From Escherichia phage vB_EcoM_LNA6, in sequence record OM630585.1: a stretch of 64,000 nucleotides of DNA. One strand, 5' to 3'. The notes beneath the pieces are model-generated. The model worked only from the letters and a program-made list of their open reading frames with translations. It was not told where the DNA came from and ran no database searches. A program made the translations under genes and the position numbers. Below, one piece after another: positions 10,855-19,745 of the stretch (its first letter is position 1; the number at the start of each line of letters is the position of its first letter).

Positions 10855-11655
10855 ATGAATATTGATGTAGAAAAGATGCTTGAAGAAAAGGGTATTGACG
10901 AAGCATTTTTAATCAATGCCGTAGAAAGCATGGCTATGATTCTTCGTGGGAACAACTACACAGAACAGTTTATGCCTGCAAGCTATAACTTGCCTGAAGA
11001 CAAGTCTGATAACGGTGCTTTTGCAGAACAGGTCAACATGATGTTGACAGATACTACACTTGCTCTAGCATCTATTGCGGTTGGTGTTGATGCACTTGCT
11101 GAGTTCATTTTTTATGAAATGCAAAAGAATGACTATATCAGGATGTCAGATGAAGATAAGGAACTGTTGCTGACTAAGGACACTGATTTCATTATTGACA
11201 CGCTTATCTCATCAACGAGTGCTGTTATGGCTGTTCTTGAGAAGCGTATGGAAGAAAAGCTTTCACGATATGAAAAGCTTGATTGGGGTTTAGAAGAATT
11301 AAGCCCACGAATCAAAGAGATTATCCAGCAAACTAAAGAGTCTTTGGAAGAAGCTGTTGAAAATGACTCTGTAGCTGATATAGAACCGCTTCAGGTGAAA
11401 GTTGCACTGATGATTCCAGCTATCTCTACAATGATGAATATCGTTGCACTAATCCAACTTTCACAGATGATGGGTGTGAGTATGGAGTTCATTGAGGAGA
11501 TGACTGGTGGTGTTAGTATGCAAGCAATCAATGATGTTTTGGTGAACATTGGTGCTTCAATCATCGAAGAAAAACTGCGCATTAACTTCGGTGATGATTT
11601 TGTGAAGCAACTCTCAGCTATGGCTGAAAAAGAGTCTGCTGAGCAACTGCACTAA
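10855..11655 (+). CDS. hypothetical protein
   Basis: 266 aa acidic ORF. Confidence 0.45.
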   Translation: MNIDVEKMLEEKGIDEAFLINAVESMAMILRGNNYTEQFMPASYNLPEDKSDNGAFAEQVNMMLTDTTLALASIAVGVDALAEFIFYEMQKNDYIRMSDEDKELLLTKDTDFIIDTLISSTSAVMAVLEKRMEEKLSRYEKLDWGLEELSPRIKEIIQQTKESLEEAVENDSVADIEPLQVKVALMIPAISTMMNIVALIQLSQMMGVSMEFIEEMTGGVSMQAINDVLVNIGASIIEEKLRINFGDDFVKQLSAMAEKESAEQLH

Positions 11656-11716
11656 GTCTTTATAAATTTTACAAGCCTCCTTAGTTGGGGGCTTTTTAGT
11701 AATTAAGGGAGATAAA

Positions 11717-12460
11717 ATGAGTAATATTATTGCATTTACTGGAAAGGCACGTTCTGGAAAAGACACCTCATGTTCTATTGTGAAGAACATCTTAGAGGAT
11801 GAGTACGGCTACAATGTTGCAGTAATGGCCTATGCAGACAACCTTAAACTATCTGCATCAAAGATATTTGACCTGACTTGGAATGACCTGTATGGTGAAA
11901 CTAAAGAGACTCCACAGGTTTTTGACTTATCATATTCCGAACTTATGTTCAAAGTTACTGAAGCTATGGAGTTTACCTTCAGAGGTGAACGTTATCATAC
12001 GGACTTTAAACTTATGTCGGAATTGACAGGACGCTTAATCATGGAGCTTAAGAAGGTTGCTAAACCGACTCTATTAACACGTCTGGGATTTAGCAACAAG
12101 TATAAATTCTCATCAAGACAAATTCAACAGATTTGGGGCACTGAAGTTATCCGTAAAGTTATGGGTGACAAGTTCTGGGCTAAAGACCTCGAAAAACGAA
12201 TGGTAAATTTCTTTGATGTTTGCTCACTTAGAAATCAAGAAGGTGTTGTTTTAATCAGTGATTTAAGATTTGACTCTGAAGCTGAGTGGCTGAGTAGATT
12301 TGCACACCAAACTATTGAAGTAAAAAGAAACAATGTGGACAAAGTTTCATCACATGTTTCAGAAAATGGGATTTCTACCAAATATGCGCGTGACATTATT
12401 CATAATAATGGTACTCTTGAAGACCTTGAGAGCAAACTAAGAGCTATCCTGAAGATTTAA
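11717..12460 (+). CDS. deoxynucleoside monophosphate kinase-like P-loop protein
   Basis: N-terminal P-loop FTGKARSGKDT; size and position typical of phage dNMP kinase. Confidence 0.55.
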   Translation: MSNIIAFTGKARSGKDTSCSIVKNILEDEYGYNVAVMAYADNLKLSASKIFDLTWNDLYGETKETPQVFDLSYSELMFKVTEAMEFTFRGERYHTDFKLMSELTGRLIMELKKVAKPTLLTRLGFSNKYKFSSRQIQQIWGTEVIRKVMGDKFWAKDLEKRMVNFFDVCSLRNQEGVVLISDLRFDSEAEWLSRFAHQTIEVKRNNVDKVSSHVSENGISTKYARDIIHNNGTLEDLESKLRAILKI

Positions 12461-12468
12461 AAGAGATA

Positions 12469-12669
12469 ATGAAGATGAGAGTAAAAGACAATTTTAAAGT
12501 TATTGACCACCGTTTAGTGGAACTCTCATCTCTTTCCAATGAGGTAATGATTGAACGTCTTAAGAGAGTTGAATCACGAAGGAAAGAGATTGCAGATGAA
12601 ATTCATGAACTGGACAAGATTGAAAATGGATTGAAGGCAGAACTACAACGAAGAGGTGCTAATGTCTAA
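12469..12669 (+). CDS. hypothetical coiled-coil protein
   Basis: 66 aa ORF. Confidence 0.3.
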   Translation: MKMRVKDNFKVIDHRLVELSSLSNEVMIERLKRVESRRKEIADEIHELDKIENGLKAELQRRGANV

Positions 12670-14647
12670 AGGTCGTAAATTGAAAGAGGCTGGTCAGTTT
12701 GTTGGTCATTGTGCATGTCCACGTTGTGGTTCATCAGATGCTGGTTCAATCTATCATCATGACGATGATTCTTATTCGATGACTTGCTTTAGTTGTAAGA
12801 AAGGTTTCCCAGAGTGGGATTTTGATAAAGGACAAATCGTGAGCACTTATTCTACTGGTTCAGACAATAAAAACCGTACTTTCCGTGGAATGGATTTAGA
12901 CGATGTAAAAGAAAACCTAGAAGCAATGGACTTGAAAGACAGGAAGATTCCTGCAAAAGTTCTTGAGCGTTTGGGTATTAAGGTTGACATTGACAGTGAT
13001 GGTGAAATTGACGCACATTTCTACCCAACTTACAAACGTAATGAAGGTGGTAAGCTAGAACATGTTGGCTACCGTGTTCGTCACCGTTACCCAGAAGACC
13101 ATCCAAAAGAGCACCTACGTGGTAAGTTAAAAGACTTCTCAGGTGGTGTTGGAGACATTAAAGGTGAACTGGCAATGTTCGGTTCATGGATTGCTCCAGA
13201 AGGTGGTAACCGCCTATTCATCTGGGAAGGTGAGATGGAATGTGCGACAGCAATCTATATGACTTCTCTTGCGATTAAGGACAAGTCTCGTCGTAAGAAT
13301 TACTGTCACGTATCTGTTCCATCGGGTGCAAATATTAAATCTATCAAAGACAACTATCAGTACATCACATCATTTGATGAGATTTACTTGTGCTTTGATA
13401 ATGATGAAGCAGGTGCTAAAGCTACCAAAGAGGCTGCTGGTATCCTTCCGATTGAGAAGGTTCGTTTATTCCAGTATCCAGAAGGTGTAAAAGACCTTAA
13501 CGAATGGTGGACAAAGTTCTATAAAGAGAAAGATACGGTTCTGGAAGGATTTAAGCAGCGTATCTACAATGCGCCTCGTTACTGTCCTGCTGGTATCAAG
13601 AACTTCGCAGATGGTTTTGAGGCAATGAAGAATCGTGGTCAGATTCCATTGATTCCTTTCCCAGAATCTTTCGGAGATTTGAACAGGCTGACTTATGGTG
13701 GTTACGGTTTAGGTGAGATTACAACTCTGGCAGCACCATCTTCAGTGGGTAAATCTGCATACACTCGTGAAATGATTTATACTGCTTGGAAAGATACCGA
13801 TTACAATATTGGTGTAATTCCTGTAGAAGATACCTATGAAGAGTTGATGGAGATGCTCTGTGCAATCCACCTGAGCAAGCAGATTTCTGAGATTCCTTAT
13901 GACGAACGTGATTGGGATGAATTGAAGGAAGCACACGCAGAACTATCTAAAGGTCGTCGTATCCACATCGTTGACCATCAAGGGGCAATTGACCAAGATA
14001 ACTTGCTGGAATTTGTTGACTATCTTGTTAACAGTTTAGACTGTAAGATTATTATTCTTGACCCTATTACGTTGGCTCTGTCACGTTCAGATACGGATGA
14101 AGAGGAAGTTTTGTCTGAGCTATTGCGTCGTTGCAAACGCTACCAGTATGCACAGGTGAACGTCTGTCACGTTCGTAAGAGTGCAGGTGGTCAGAAGGCT
14201 AACTCTGAAGGTGGGGATATCTCTGAAGAGGATATTAAAGGTTCTGGTGCGTATTTCCAGATTTCTATGAACAACATTCTGTTAATGCGTAACAAGGTTG
14301 ACCCAGACCCTGTTAAGAAAAACTTGACAAAAATCAAGCTAACTAAATGTCGTCGTCACGGTAAGTCAACGGGTATTGCTGGTCATACTTGGTACAATCC
14401 AGATACAGGACGTCTTATTAAAGCATCTGGTTGTGGAGTTGACATTGATGGTGCAGCAGAAAACATTCGCCAGCAGTTTGGTATTGGTGAAGCTGAAGAC
14501 CATTATGATGATTCTTTACCGCATTATGAGGATGAAGTGTTTGACCGTGAGACTGGTGAAGTCTATACTGAAGAGCAGCGCCAAAGCTCAACGATTCCAC
14601 CTGTATTAAGTGAGGATGCAGATGACTGCCCATTCGAAACTGAGTGA
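12656..14647 (+). CDS. DNA primase-helicase (T7 gp4-like)
   Basis: 663 aa; N-terminal Cys4 zinc ribbon (CACPRCG...CFSC), central TOPRIM-like region, C-terminal Walker A (SVGKSA) helicase. Confidence 0.8.
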   Translation: MLMSKGRKLKEAGQFVGHCACPRCGSSDAGSIYHHDDDSYSMTCFSCKKGFPEWDFDKGQIVSTYSTGSDNKNRTFRGMDLDDVKENLEAMDLKDRKIPAKVLERLGIKVDIDSDGEIDAHFYPTYKRNEGGKLEHVGYRVRHRYPEDHPKEHLRGKLKDFSGGVGDIKGELAMFGSWIAPEGGNRLFIWEGEMECATAIYMTSLAIKDKSRRKNYCHVSVPSGANIKSIKDNYQYITSFDEIYLCFDNDEAGAKATKEAAGILPIEKVRLFQYPEGVKDLNEWWTKFYKEKDTVLEGFKQRIYNAPRYCPAGIKNFADGFEAMKNRGQIPLIPFPESFGDLNRLTYGGYGLGEITTLAAPSSVGKSAYTREMIYTAWKDTDYNIGVIPVEDTYEELMEMLCAIHLSKQISEIPYDERDWDELKEAHAELSKGRRIHIVDHQGAIDQDNLLEFVDYLVNSLDCKIIILDPITLALSRSDTDEEEVLSELLRRCKRYQYAQVNVCHVRKSAGGQKANSEGGDISEEDIKGSGAYFQISMNNILLMRNKVDPDPVKKNLTKIKLTKCRRHGKSTGIAGHTWYNPDTGRLIKASGCGVDIDGAAENIRQQFGIGEAEDHYDDSLPHYEDEVFDRETGEVYTEEQRQSSTIPPVLSEDADDCPFETE

Positions 14648-14903
14648 TAGTTATAAAAGAGAGGGGTTCACACCCTTCTTTGAAGAAAAAAGTTTAAATA
14701 AATTTCAGGAAGAGTGTTTGACAAAGATTGATAGATTCTATAGAATGCTCCTCATGAAATGCGATGGAGAGGTTGAGATAAAAGAAGATTTTCACCAGAG
14801 CATGATTACAGTCATCATTGCGCTGCCTCAGCATAATATTAGTTGGCTGTTTATAATTAAAGAAAATGTGTTTGAATATCAAGTATATCGGAGAATATCA
14901 TGA
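14610..14903 (+). CDS. hypothetical protein
   Basis: 97 aa ORF overlapping helicase end. Confidence 0.3.
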   Translation: MRMQMTAHSKLSDSYKREGFTPFFEEKSLNKFQEECLTKIDRFYRMLLMKCDGEVEIKEDFHQSMITVIIALPQHNISWLFIIKENVFEYQVYRRIS

Positions 14904-15049
14904 AACACTCTAAAGCATTTGAAAAAGTTTTTGGGGATTCCTTAAAAGCCACTGCTGGAAAACCAGCAAAATACTATGAAGAAAAACGTGTAAGAACTGG
15001 AAAAACTGCACGTAAAGCAGCTTCTAAAGATAAGCACAACTTCCAGTAA
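14900..15049 (+). CDS. small basic protein (hypothetical)
   Basis: 49 aa Lys-rich ORF with GGAGA RBS upstream; below ORF-track length cutoff, read manually. Confidence 0.25.
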   Translation: MKHSKAFEKVFGDSLKATAGKPAKYYEEKRVRTGKTARKAASKDKHNFQ

Positions 15050-15121
15050 TTAGTATTTGACAATAGAGTATCAACAAACTAGAATTGGTACTCTTCATAA
15101 ATTGAGATAGAGGTTTAAATA

Positions 15122-15979
15122 ATGTCTAAAGTTGTTAAAATGAAAGCTCCGGTAGAGAAATACAATGGTACTGAACGCCAAACTCTGCGATACCTGCTGA
15201 AAGATGTCTGGTTTTATTACCTGAACACTTCACCACGTCCGGGAAAAGGTAAGTCTATTGATAAGAAATTCCCAGGCAAAGACTGTAACTACAGCGTATC
15301 AATTCTGGCAGAAGACGGTAACAAACTGTTTAAAGAGTTTACTAAGTCTAAGAAAAATCCAGAAGGCTGGGATAAAGTCACTACTGAAGCAGTTGATGCA
15401 GATGACTTCGAAGAGAAGTTTGGTTGTAAACCACCTTTTGAAGCAGACACTTACTACATCTTGAAAGTAAGTCGTGCAGCAGCTTATAAAGATGGTGCTG
15501 TATGGACAGCTAAACAGTCATTCCCTGTGATGCTGATTGAAGAAGTAAATGGTAAGCGTGTAGCTGTTAAACAGCCGATGAAGAAAATCAAAGCTCAAGC
15601 ATCTGATAAACATGAAGATGACAAGAACTATGATGTAATTCATCCAGATATTGCAGTCGGTAACGGTTCTTTTGGTAGTGTGATTCTTTCTACTCACTTC
15701 TACACTTTTGAGAACAATGTTCTGACAAAACCTATTCAGGAACAGTTTATCATTGATACTCTTGTACCTTACACTGGTGGTAACGGTGCTAACGGTGAAC
15801 CTGAACTGGATGAAGACGAACTGGCTATGCTTGGTCTTGATGGTGTCGAAGATAACGGTGAAATCACTGAAGAAGATGCAACAGACCATAAATCTTCGAA
15901 TGAGTCTGATGATGGTGATGATGAAGATTTGCCAGACCCAGATGACGAAGAAGATGAAGACTTCGATACAGAAGACTAA
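15122..15979 (+). CDS. single-stranded DNA-binding protein (gp2.5-like)
   Basis: 285 aa with very acidic C-terminal tail ending DEDFDTED, as in T7-type SSBs. Confidence 0.5.
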   Translation: MSKVVKMKAPVEKYNGTERQTLRYLLKDVWFYYLNTSPRPGKGKSIDKKFPGKDCNYSVSILAEDGNKLFKEFTKSKKNPEGWDKVTTEAVDADDFEEKFGCKPPFEADTYYILKVSRAAAYKDGAVWTAKQSFPVMLIEEVNGKRVAVKQPMKKIKAQASDKHEDDKNYDVIHPDIAVGNGSFGSVILSTHFYTFENNVLTKPIQEQFIIDTLVPYTGGNGANGEPELDEDELAMLGLDGVEDNGEITEEDATDHKSSNESDDGDDEDLPDPDDEEDEDFDTED

Positions 15980-15996
15980 TCTCTAAAAGTTACTTT

Positions 15997-16026
15997 AAAG
16001 CCCTGTACTTAGTATGGGGCTTTTTC
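15997..16026 (+). terminator. intrinsic terminator (weak)
   Basis: agccc...ggggc stem followed by TTTTT after SSB gene. Confidence 0.35.
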
Positions 16027-16041
16027 ATATGGAGAGCCATA

Positions 16042-17088
16042 ATGGAGAAGTACACATTAACAAAGCTTCCCGATTCAGTTACACATGTCTTTATTGACTC
16101 TGACAGTATTGCCTATAAAGGTGCTTGTGTAGTTGAGAAAGCAAAATATAAATATGTCAATAAACTCACAGCAGAAGAATCTGAGCCATTTGATAATGCT
16201 AAAGATGCTGCAAGATGGTTAGCAGACCAGAGAATCCTTGTGGAAGAACTTGGCCTAGCATTTGATGAAGATGAATGGGAAAGACAGACTTGGAAAGAAG
16301 CTAAGAGTGAAAAAGAGGCTATCATGGCTACTCAACAGGTTCTTCAGGAATGGCTTAAGGTTGTTGGTAAAGAGAGAACTTGGGTAGGTTACTTAACAGA
16401 GAAAGGTGTGCATAAACATAAAGACATTAAAGGTCTTGAGCACCAATATCAAGGTAACCGTAAAGATGCTGTCACACCAACACACTTAGTTGCTTGTCGT
16501 GAATATCTTCTGTCAAGACCAGAGTTCAAATTGATTCTTGATGGATTTGAAGCTGACTCTATCGTTATTGCTAAAGCTGAAAAGATGGGAAAAAAGGCTG
16601 CCTTAATGAGTATTGATAAAGACCTTCGCCAAGCTGAAGGGACTTACTGCATTGATATGACCTATGAAAAGTCGCCTTTGATTTTTATTGCTGATAACAA
16701 CGTTGGTGAAATTTGGGATTGTCCAATAAAATCGACACCAAAAGCTAAGAAGACAGTTGGGGTAGGTTTTAAATTTCTTTGTTACCAAGCTGTGGCTGGT
16801 GATAATGCTGATAATTATTTTGGTTTAAAGGGCGTTGGTAAGGCTACTGTAATGAAAGCCCTTGAAGGTAAAACTACTTATAAAGAGTGTCTTGATGCTA
16901 TCTATGAACTTTATGCTAAGAAAGAGTCCTATACTTATGTCTCGTGGGATGGTCAAACAATTACCAGAACACCTTTAGAGTTAATGCAGCAACACTTTTT
17001 CTTAGCTTATCAGGAAAGAAACAAGAAAGACGATTTCACTTTTGATAAGTATGGGTGGACACCAAATGTTAACTCAACAAACTCTTAA
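16042..17088 (+). CDS. 5'-3' exonuclease / flap endonuclease
   Basis: N-terminal VFIDSDSIAY acidic cluster and GLKGVGKATVMKALEG helix-3-turn-helix motif typical of FEN/5'-exonucleases. Confidence 0.6.
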   Translation: MEKYTLTKLPDSVTHVFIDSDSIAYKGACVVEKAKYKYVNKLTAEESEPFDNAKDAARWLADQRILVEELGLAFDEDEWERQTWKEAKSEKEAIMATQQVLQEWLKVVGKERTWVGYLTEKGVHKHKDIKGLEHQYQGNRKDAVTPTHLVACREYLLSRPEFKLILDGFEADSIVIAKAEKMGKKAALMSIDKDLRQAEGTYCIDMTYEKSPLIFIADNNVGEIWDCPIKSTPKAKKTVGVGFKFLCYQAVAGDNADNYFGLKGVGKATVMKALEGKTTYKECLDAIYELYAKKESYTYVSWDGQTITRTPLELMQQHFFLAYQERNKKDDFTFDKYGWTPNVNSTNS

Positions 17089-17566
17089 AGAATACCTGCA
17101 CTATGACCCCGAAACAGGGGTCTTTACTTGGTTAGTTGGTAGAAAAGGTAAGGCCAAAGCTGGCTCAGTAGCAGGTCTTAAACATCATAGTGGTTATATC
17201 TATATAAAACTCTTCGGAAAAAGATATGCAGCACACAGACTGGCATTCTTGTATATGAAAGGATACCTCCCAAAATTTGTTGACCACAAAAATGGTATCA
17301 GGCACGACAACTGGTTCGACAATTTGAGAGAGTGTAGCAGGTCAGACAACAACTGCAATGCAGTCAAAAGAAAAGATAATAAGTCTGGTGTGAAGGGTGT
17401 ATATTACCACAAGCAAAGAGGTAGATGGGCTGCACAAGTCAAGCATAATAAAGTATGCTACCATCTAGGTTTATTTGACTCTATCACTGAGGCTGAATCA
17501 GTTGTCAAAAAGAAAAGAGAAGAACTCCATAGAGAGTTTACAAATCACGGAGAAGCTCATGAATGA
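17066..17566 (+). CDS. HNH homing endonuclease with AP2-like domain
   Basis: HRLAFLYMKG...VDHKNG HNH core plus SGVKGVYYHKQRGRWAAQV AP2-type DNA-binding motif; paralog of 31108..31599; start uncertain. Confidence 0.65.
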   Translation: MLTQQTLKEYLHYDPETGVFTWLVGRKGKAKAGSVAGLKHHSGYIYIKLFGKRYAAHRLAFLYMKGYLPKFVDHKNGIRHDNWFDNLRECSRSDNNCNAVKRKDNKSGVKGVYYHKQRGRWAAQVKHNKVCYHLGLFDSITEAESVVKKKREELHREFTNHGEAHE

Positions 17567-18063
17567 TTAAAGTTAAAGGTTTTGGGAGTTGCCCCACTTA
17601 TGGTCACTGGATTTCACTATGTGGTGAAGTTGACCCAGCAAAGCACTTTGGTTTTGTCTACCTAGTGTACTGCAAAAAGACTGGACAGTACTATTTGGGT
17701 AAGAAACAGCTTAACAGTGTGACCAAAAGAAAAGTTGCTGGGAAGACTCGGAAGAAGGTAGTCACTAAGGAGAGTGATTGGATGACTTACGAGACTTCTT
17801 CTGAGTATATTAAAAAAGATATTGAGAGCTTTGGAAAAGAATTTTTTGACTTTTACATTATTCAGACCTACTACACTAAAGGCGGTCTAGTTTATGGCGA
17901 AGCAAACCTTCAACATAAATTCGATGTAATGACAAAAAGGATTGACTCTAAGCTCAGACTCTTCTACAATGCCAATATTGCAGCAATTAAGTTTATTACT
18001 AAAGAAACTTATGAAGATGCTGAAAAAAGAATCCATAAGGTAATGAAAGCAAATTGTGCTTGA
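17563..18063 (+). CDS. GIY-YIG-like nuclease domain protein (putative)
   Basis: FVYLVY...QYYLGKK resembles GIY...YIG motif; weak. Confidence 0.35.
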   Translation: MIKVKGFGSCPTYGHWISLCGEVDPAKHFGFVYLVYCKKTGQYYLGKKQLNSVTKRKVAGKTRKKVVTKESDWMTYETSSEYIKKDIESFGKEFFDFYIIQTYYTKGGLVYGEANLQHKFDVMTKRIDSKLRLFYNANIAAIKFITKETYEDAEKRIHKVMKANCA

Positions 18064-18069
18064 TAACTA

Positions 18070-18333
18070 TTGAGAGAGAATAAAATGTTTAACAAAAGCA
18101 AAGCTGTGAGTCATGTAGCAAAAGTTGACAGCAAGATTGAAGAACTTGAGCGCATCCTTGCAAATGCTAGAGAGTCAATAATCAAAGAAGTTGAAGCTGT
18201 TGAATCTCAAATGCAGCACCTAATGCTTAAACGTCAAGAGCTACGTGAGCATCTAGAATATATTGAAACACGAGAGCTAAAAGTTAACAGATATTTTAAG
18301 GAGTCCGAATGTTTAACTCAAGAGAATCAGTAA
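18070..18333 (+). CDS. hypothetical coiled-coil protein
   Basis: 87 aa ORF. Confidence 0.35.
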   Translation: MRENKMFNKSKAVSHVAKVDSKIEELERILANARESIIKEVEAVESQMQHLMLKRQELREHLEYIETRELKVNRYFKESECLTQENQ

Positions 18334-19064
18334 AAAACTGGAACCTTCGTTGTGGAAACACTCAAAAGCAACCTTACAGTAATGAGTATTGGGAATCTTT
18401 AAAATCTCAATCTCTGTGTATGCTTGAAGAAGCAAAAGAGCTTGTAAAAGCAATTGAAGAGAAAGACCCCATTGAGACACTGGATGCTCAGGCAGATTTA
18501 CAATATGTTCTTGACGGTTTGATTTACCTGTCACAACATGACCATAACGGTGCTATGGAAGCTGTTTGCCATAATAATGACCTGAAGTACACAGATGACT
18601 ATGAAGAAGCTTTAAAACGTCTTGCAGATATTGAGAAGCGTACTGGTCAAGAGTGTATTATTCGAATGTCAGTGGTTGATGGTAAAGAGTGGTATGCGAT
18701 TGTCCGTGCAGCCGATGGGAAGATTATGAAGCAATCAAATCTCCCTAAAGTACAGCTTGGTGAATACATTGTAGAGCTTGAAAGCCAAGAACTTTTTGTG
18801 GTAGTATCTGAGACATGCGTTATCTGCAAAGGTATTGTAGGTAGCTTAAAGGATTTGGGTGTAGATGGTTTTGTAGAAGTTAATCCAATTACCTCTAAAG
18901 CAGATAAAGATTTCTGTAAAGAGAATGGACTATGGATTGCAGATATTGTCTACTATGATGGTGAGCAGTTCCATGTAACCTCATACCCGAAACTGAATTA
19001 TGATGCTAATAACCTGAAGTGCTGGTTAAAAGGGGTTGGTTATAATGGATTCACAGAACATTAA
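18309..19064 (+). CDS. hypothetical protein
   Basis: 251 aa ORF. Confidence 0.4.
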   Translation: MFNSRESVKNWNLRCGNTQKQPYSNEYWESLKSQSLCMLEEAKELVKAIEEKDPIETLDAQADLQYVLDGLIYLSQHDHNGAMEAVCHNNDLKYTDDYEEALKRLADIEKRTGQECIIRMSVVDGKEWYAIVRAADGKIMKQSNLPKVQLGEYIVELESQELFVVVSETCVICKGIVGSLKDLGVDGFVEVNPITSKADKDFCKENGLWIADIVYYDGEQFHVTSYPKLNYDANNLKCWLKGVGYNGFTEH

Positions 19065-19368
19065 TAAAGAGGTTGTGGCTCAGAAGAGCCACTTCTCAAA
19101 CTACAATATTTCTATGACGGTGTTTATGAATGACCCGTTACTTGAGAAGTATGGTGAGACTCCAGATACACTTCTGGATAATGAACAAGTTTTAAAAGCA
19201 GTCCTGTACAAATATGGGATTGATATTGAGAAAGAGTATTCCTTTGAAATCTGCCTACACAGAAATACTTTTGGTAAAGTTGTAATGGCTCCACTCTTCA
19301 TGGGTGTAGAAAGAACTGACTATGGTTGGTTATATCTAAAAAGAAACTTGGAGAAATACCGTGTCTAA
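19036..19368 (+). CDS. hypothetical protein
   Basis: 110 aa ORF. Confidence 0.35.
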   Translation: MVIMDSQNINKEVVAQKSHFSNYNISMTVFMNDPLLEKYGETPDTLLDNEQVLKAVLYKYGIDIEKEYSFEICLHRNTFGKVVMAPLFMGVERTDYGWLYLKRNLEKYRV

Positions 19369-19699
19369 AGCAAAAAAGCTATCTTATGATGATATTGTCT
19401 CAGGTGCTAAGTTAGGCGTTGACAGCCTCGGACAAGATGTTAAGCACGGGGACACAGTTATGTACTGTGATGACCGAAGAGGTAGAAGTGCAATCTTGTT
19501 TGGAAGAATTGTTTGCAAGATGCGAGGCAATTACGTTGTTGCAGACATGGATGTGAACGTTACACAAAAACTTGAAACACTTATGGATGATAATACATCA
19601 TCATGGTTCTCCCTGAATTGTATGCACACTTCTTCAGTCACAAAAGTAAGTGATAAGTTTTACGATATGTGGCAGAATGAGCAAATTTTCAAGATTTAA
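19361..19699 (+). CDS. hypothetical protein
   Basis: 112 aa ORF followed by intrinsic terminator. Confidence 0.35.
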   Translation: MSKAKKLSYDDIVSGAKLGVDSLGQDVKHGDTVMYCDDRRGRSAILFGRIVCKMRGNYVVADMDVNVTQKLETLMDDNTSSWFSLNCMHTSSVTKVSDKFYDMWQNEQIFKI

Positions 19700-19704
19700 A
19701 CTAT

Positions 19705-19727
19705 GGAGCCTCTTCGGAGGCTCTTTT
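19705..19727 (+). terminator. intrinsic terminator
   Basis: ggagcctcTTCGgaggctc hairpin + TTTT. Confidence 0.6.
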
Positions 19728-19745
19728 CATCTGTAGGATTCGAAA

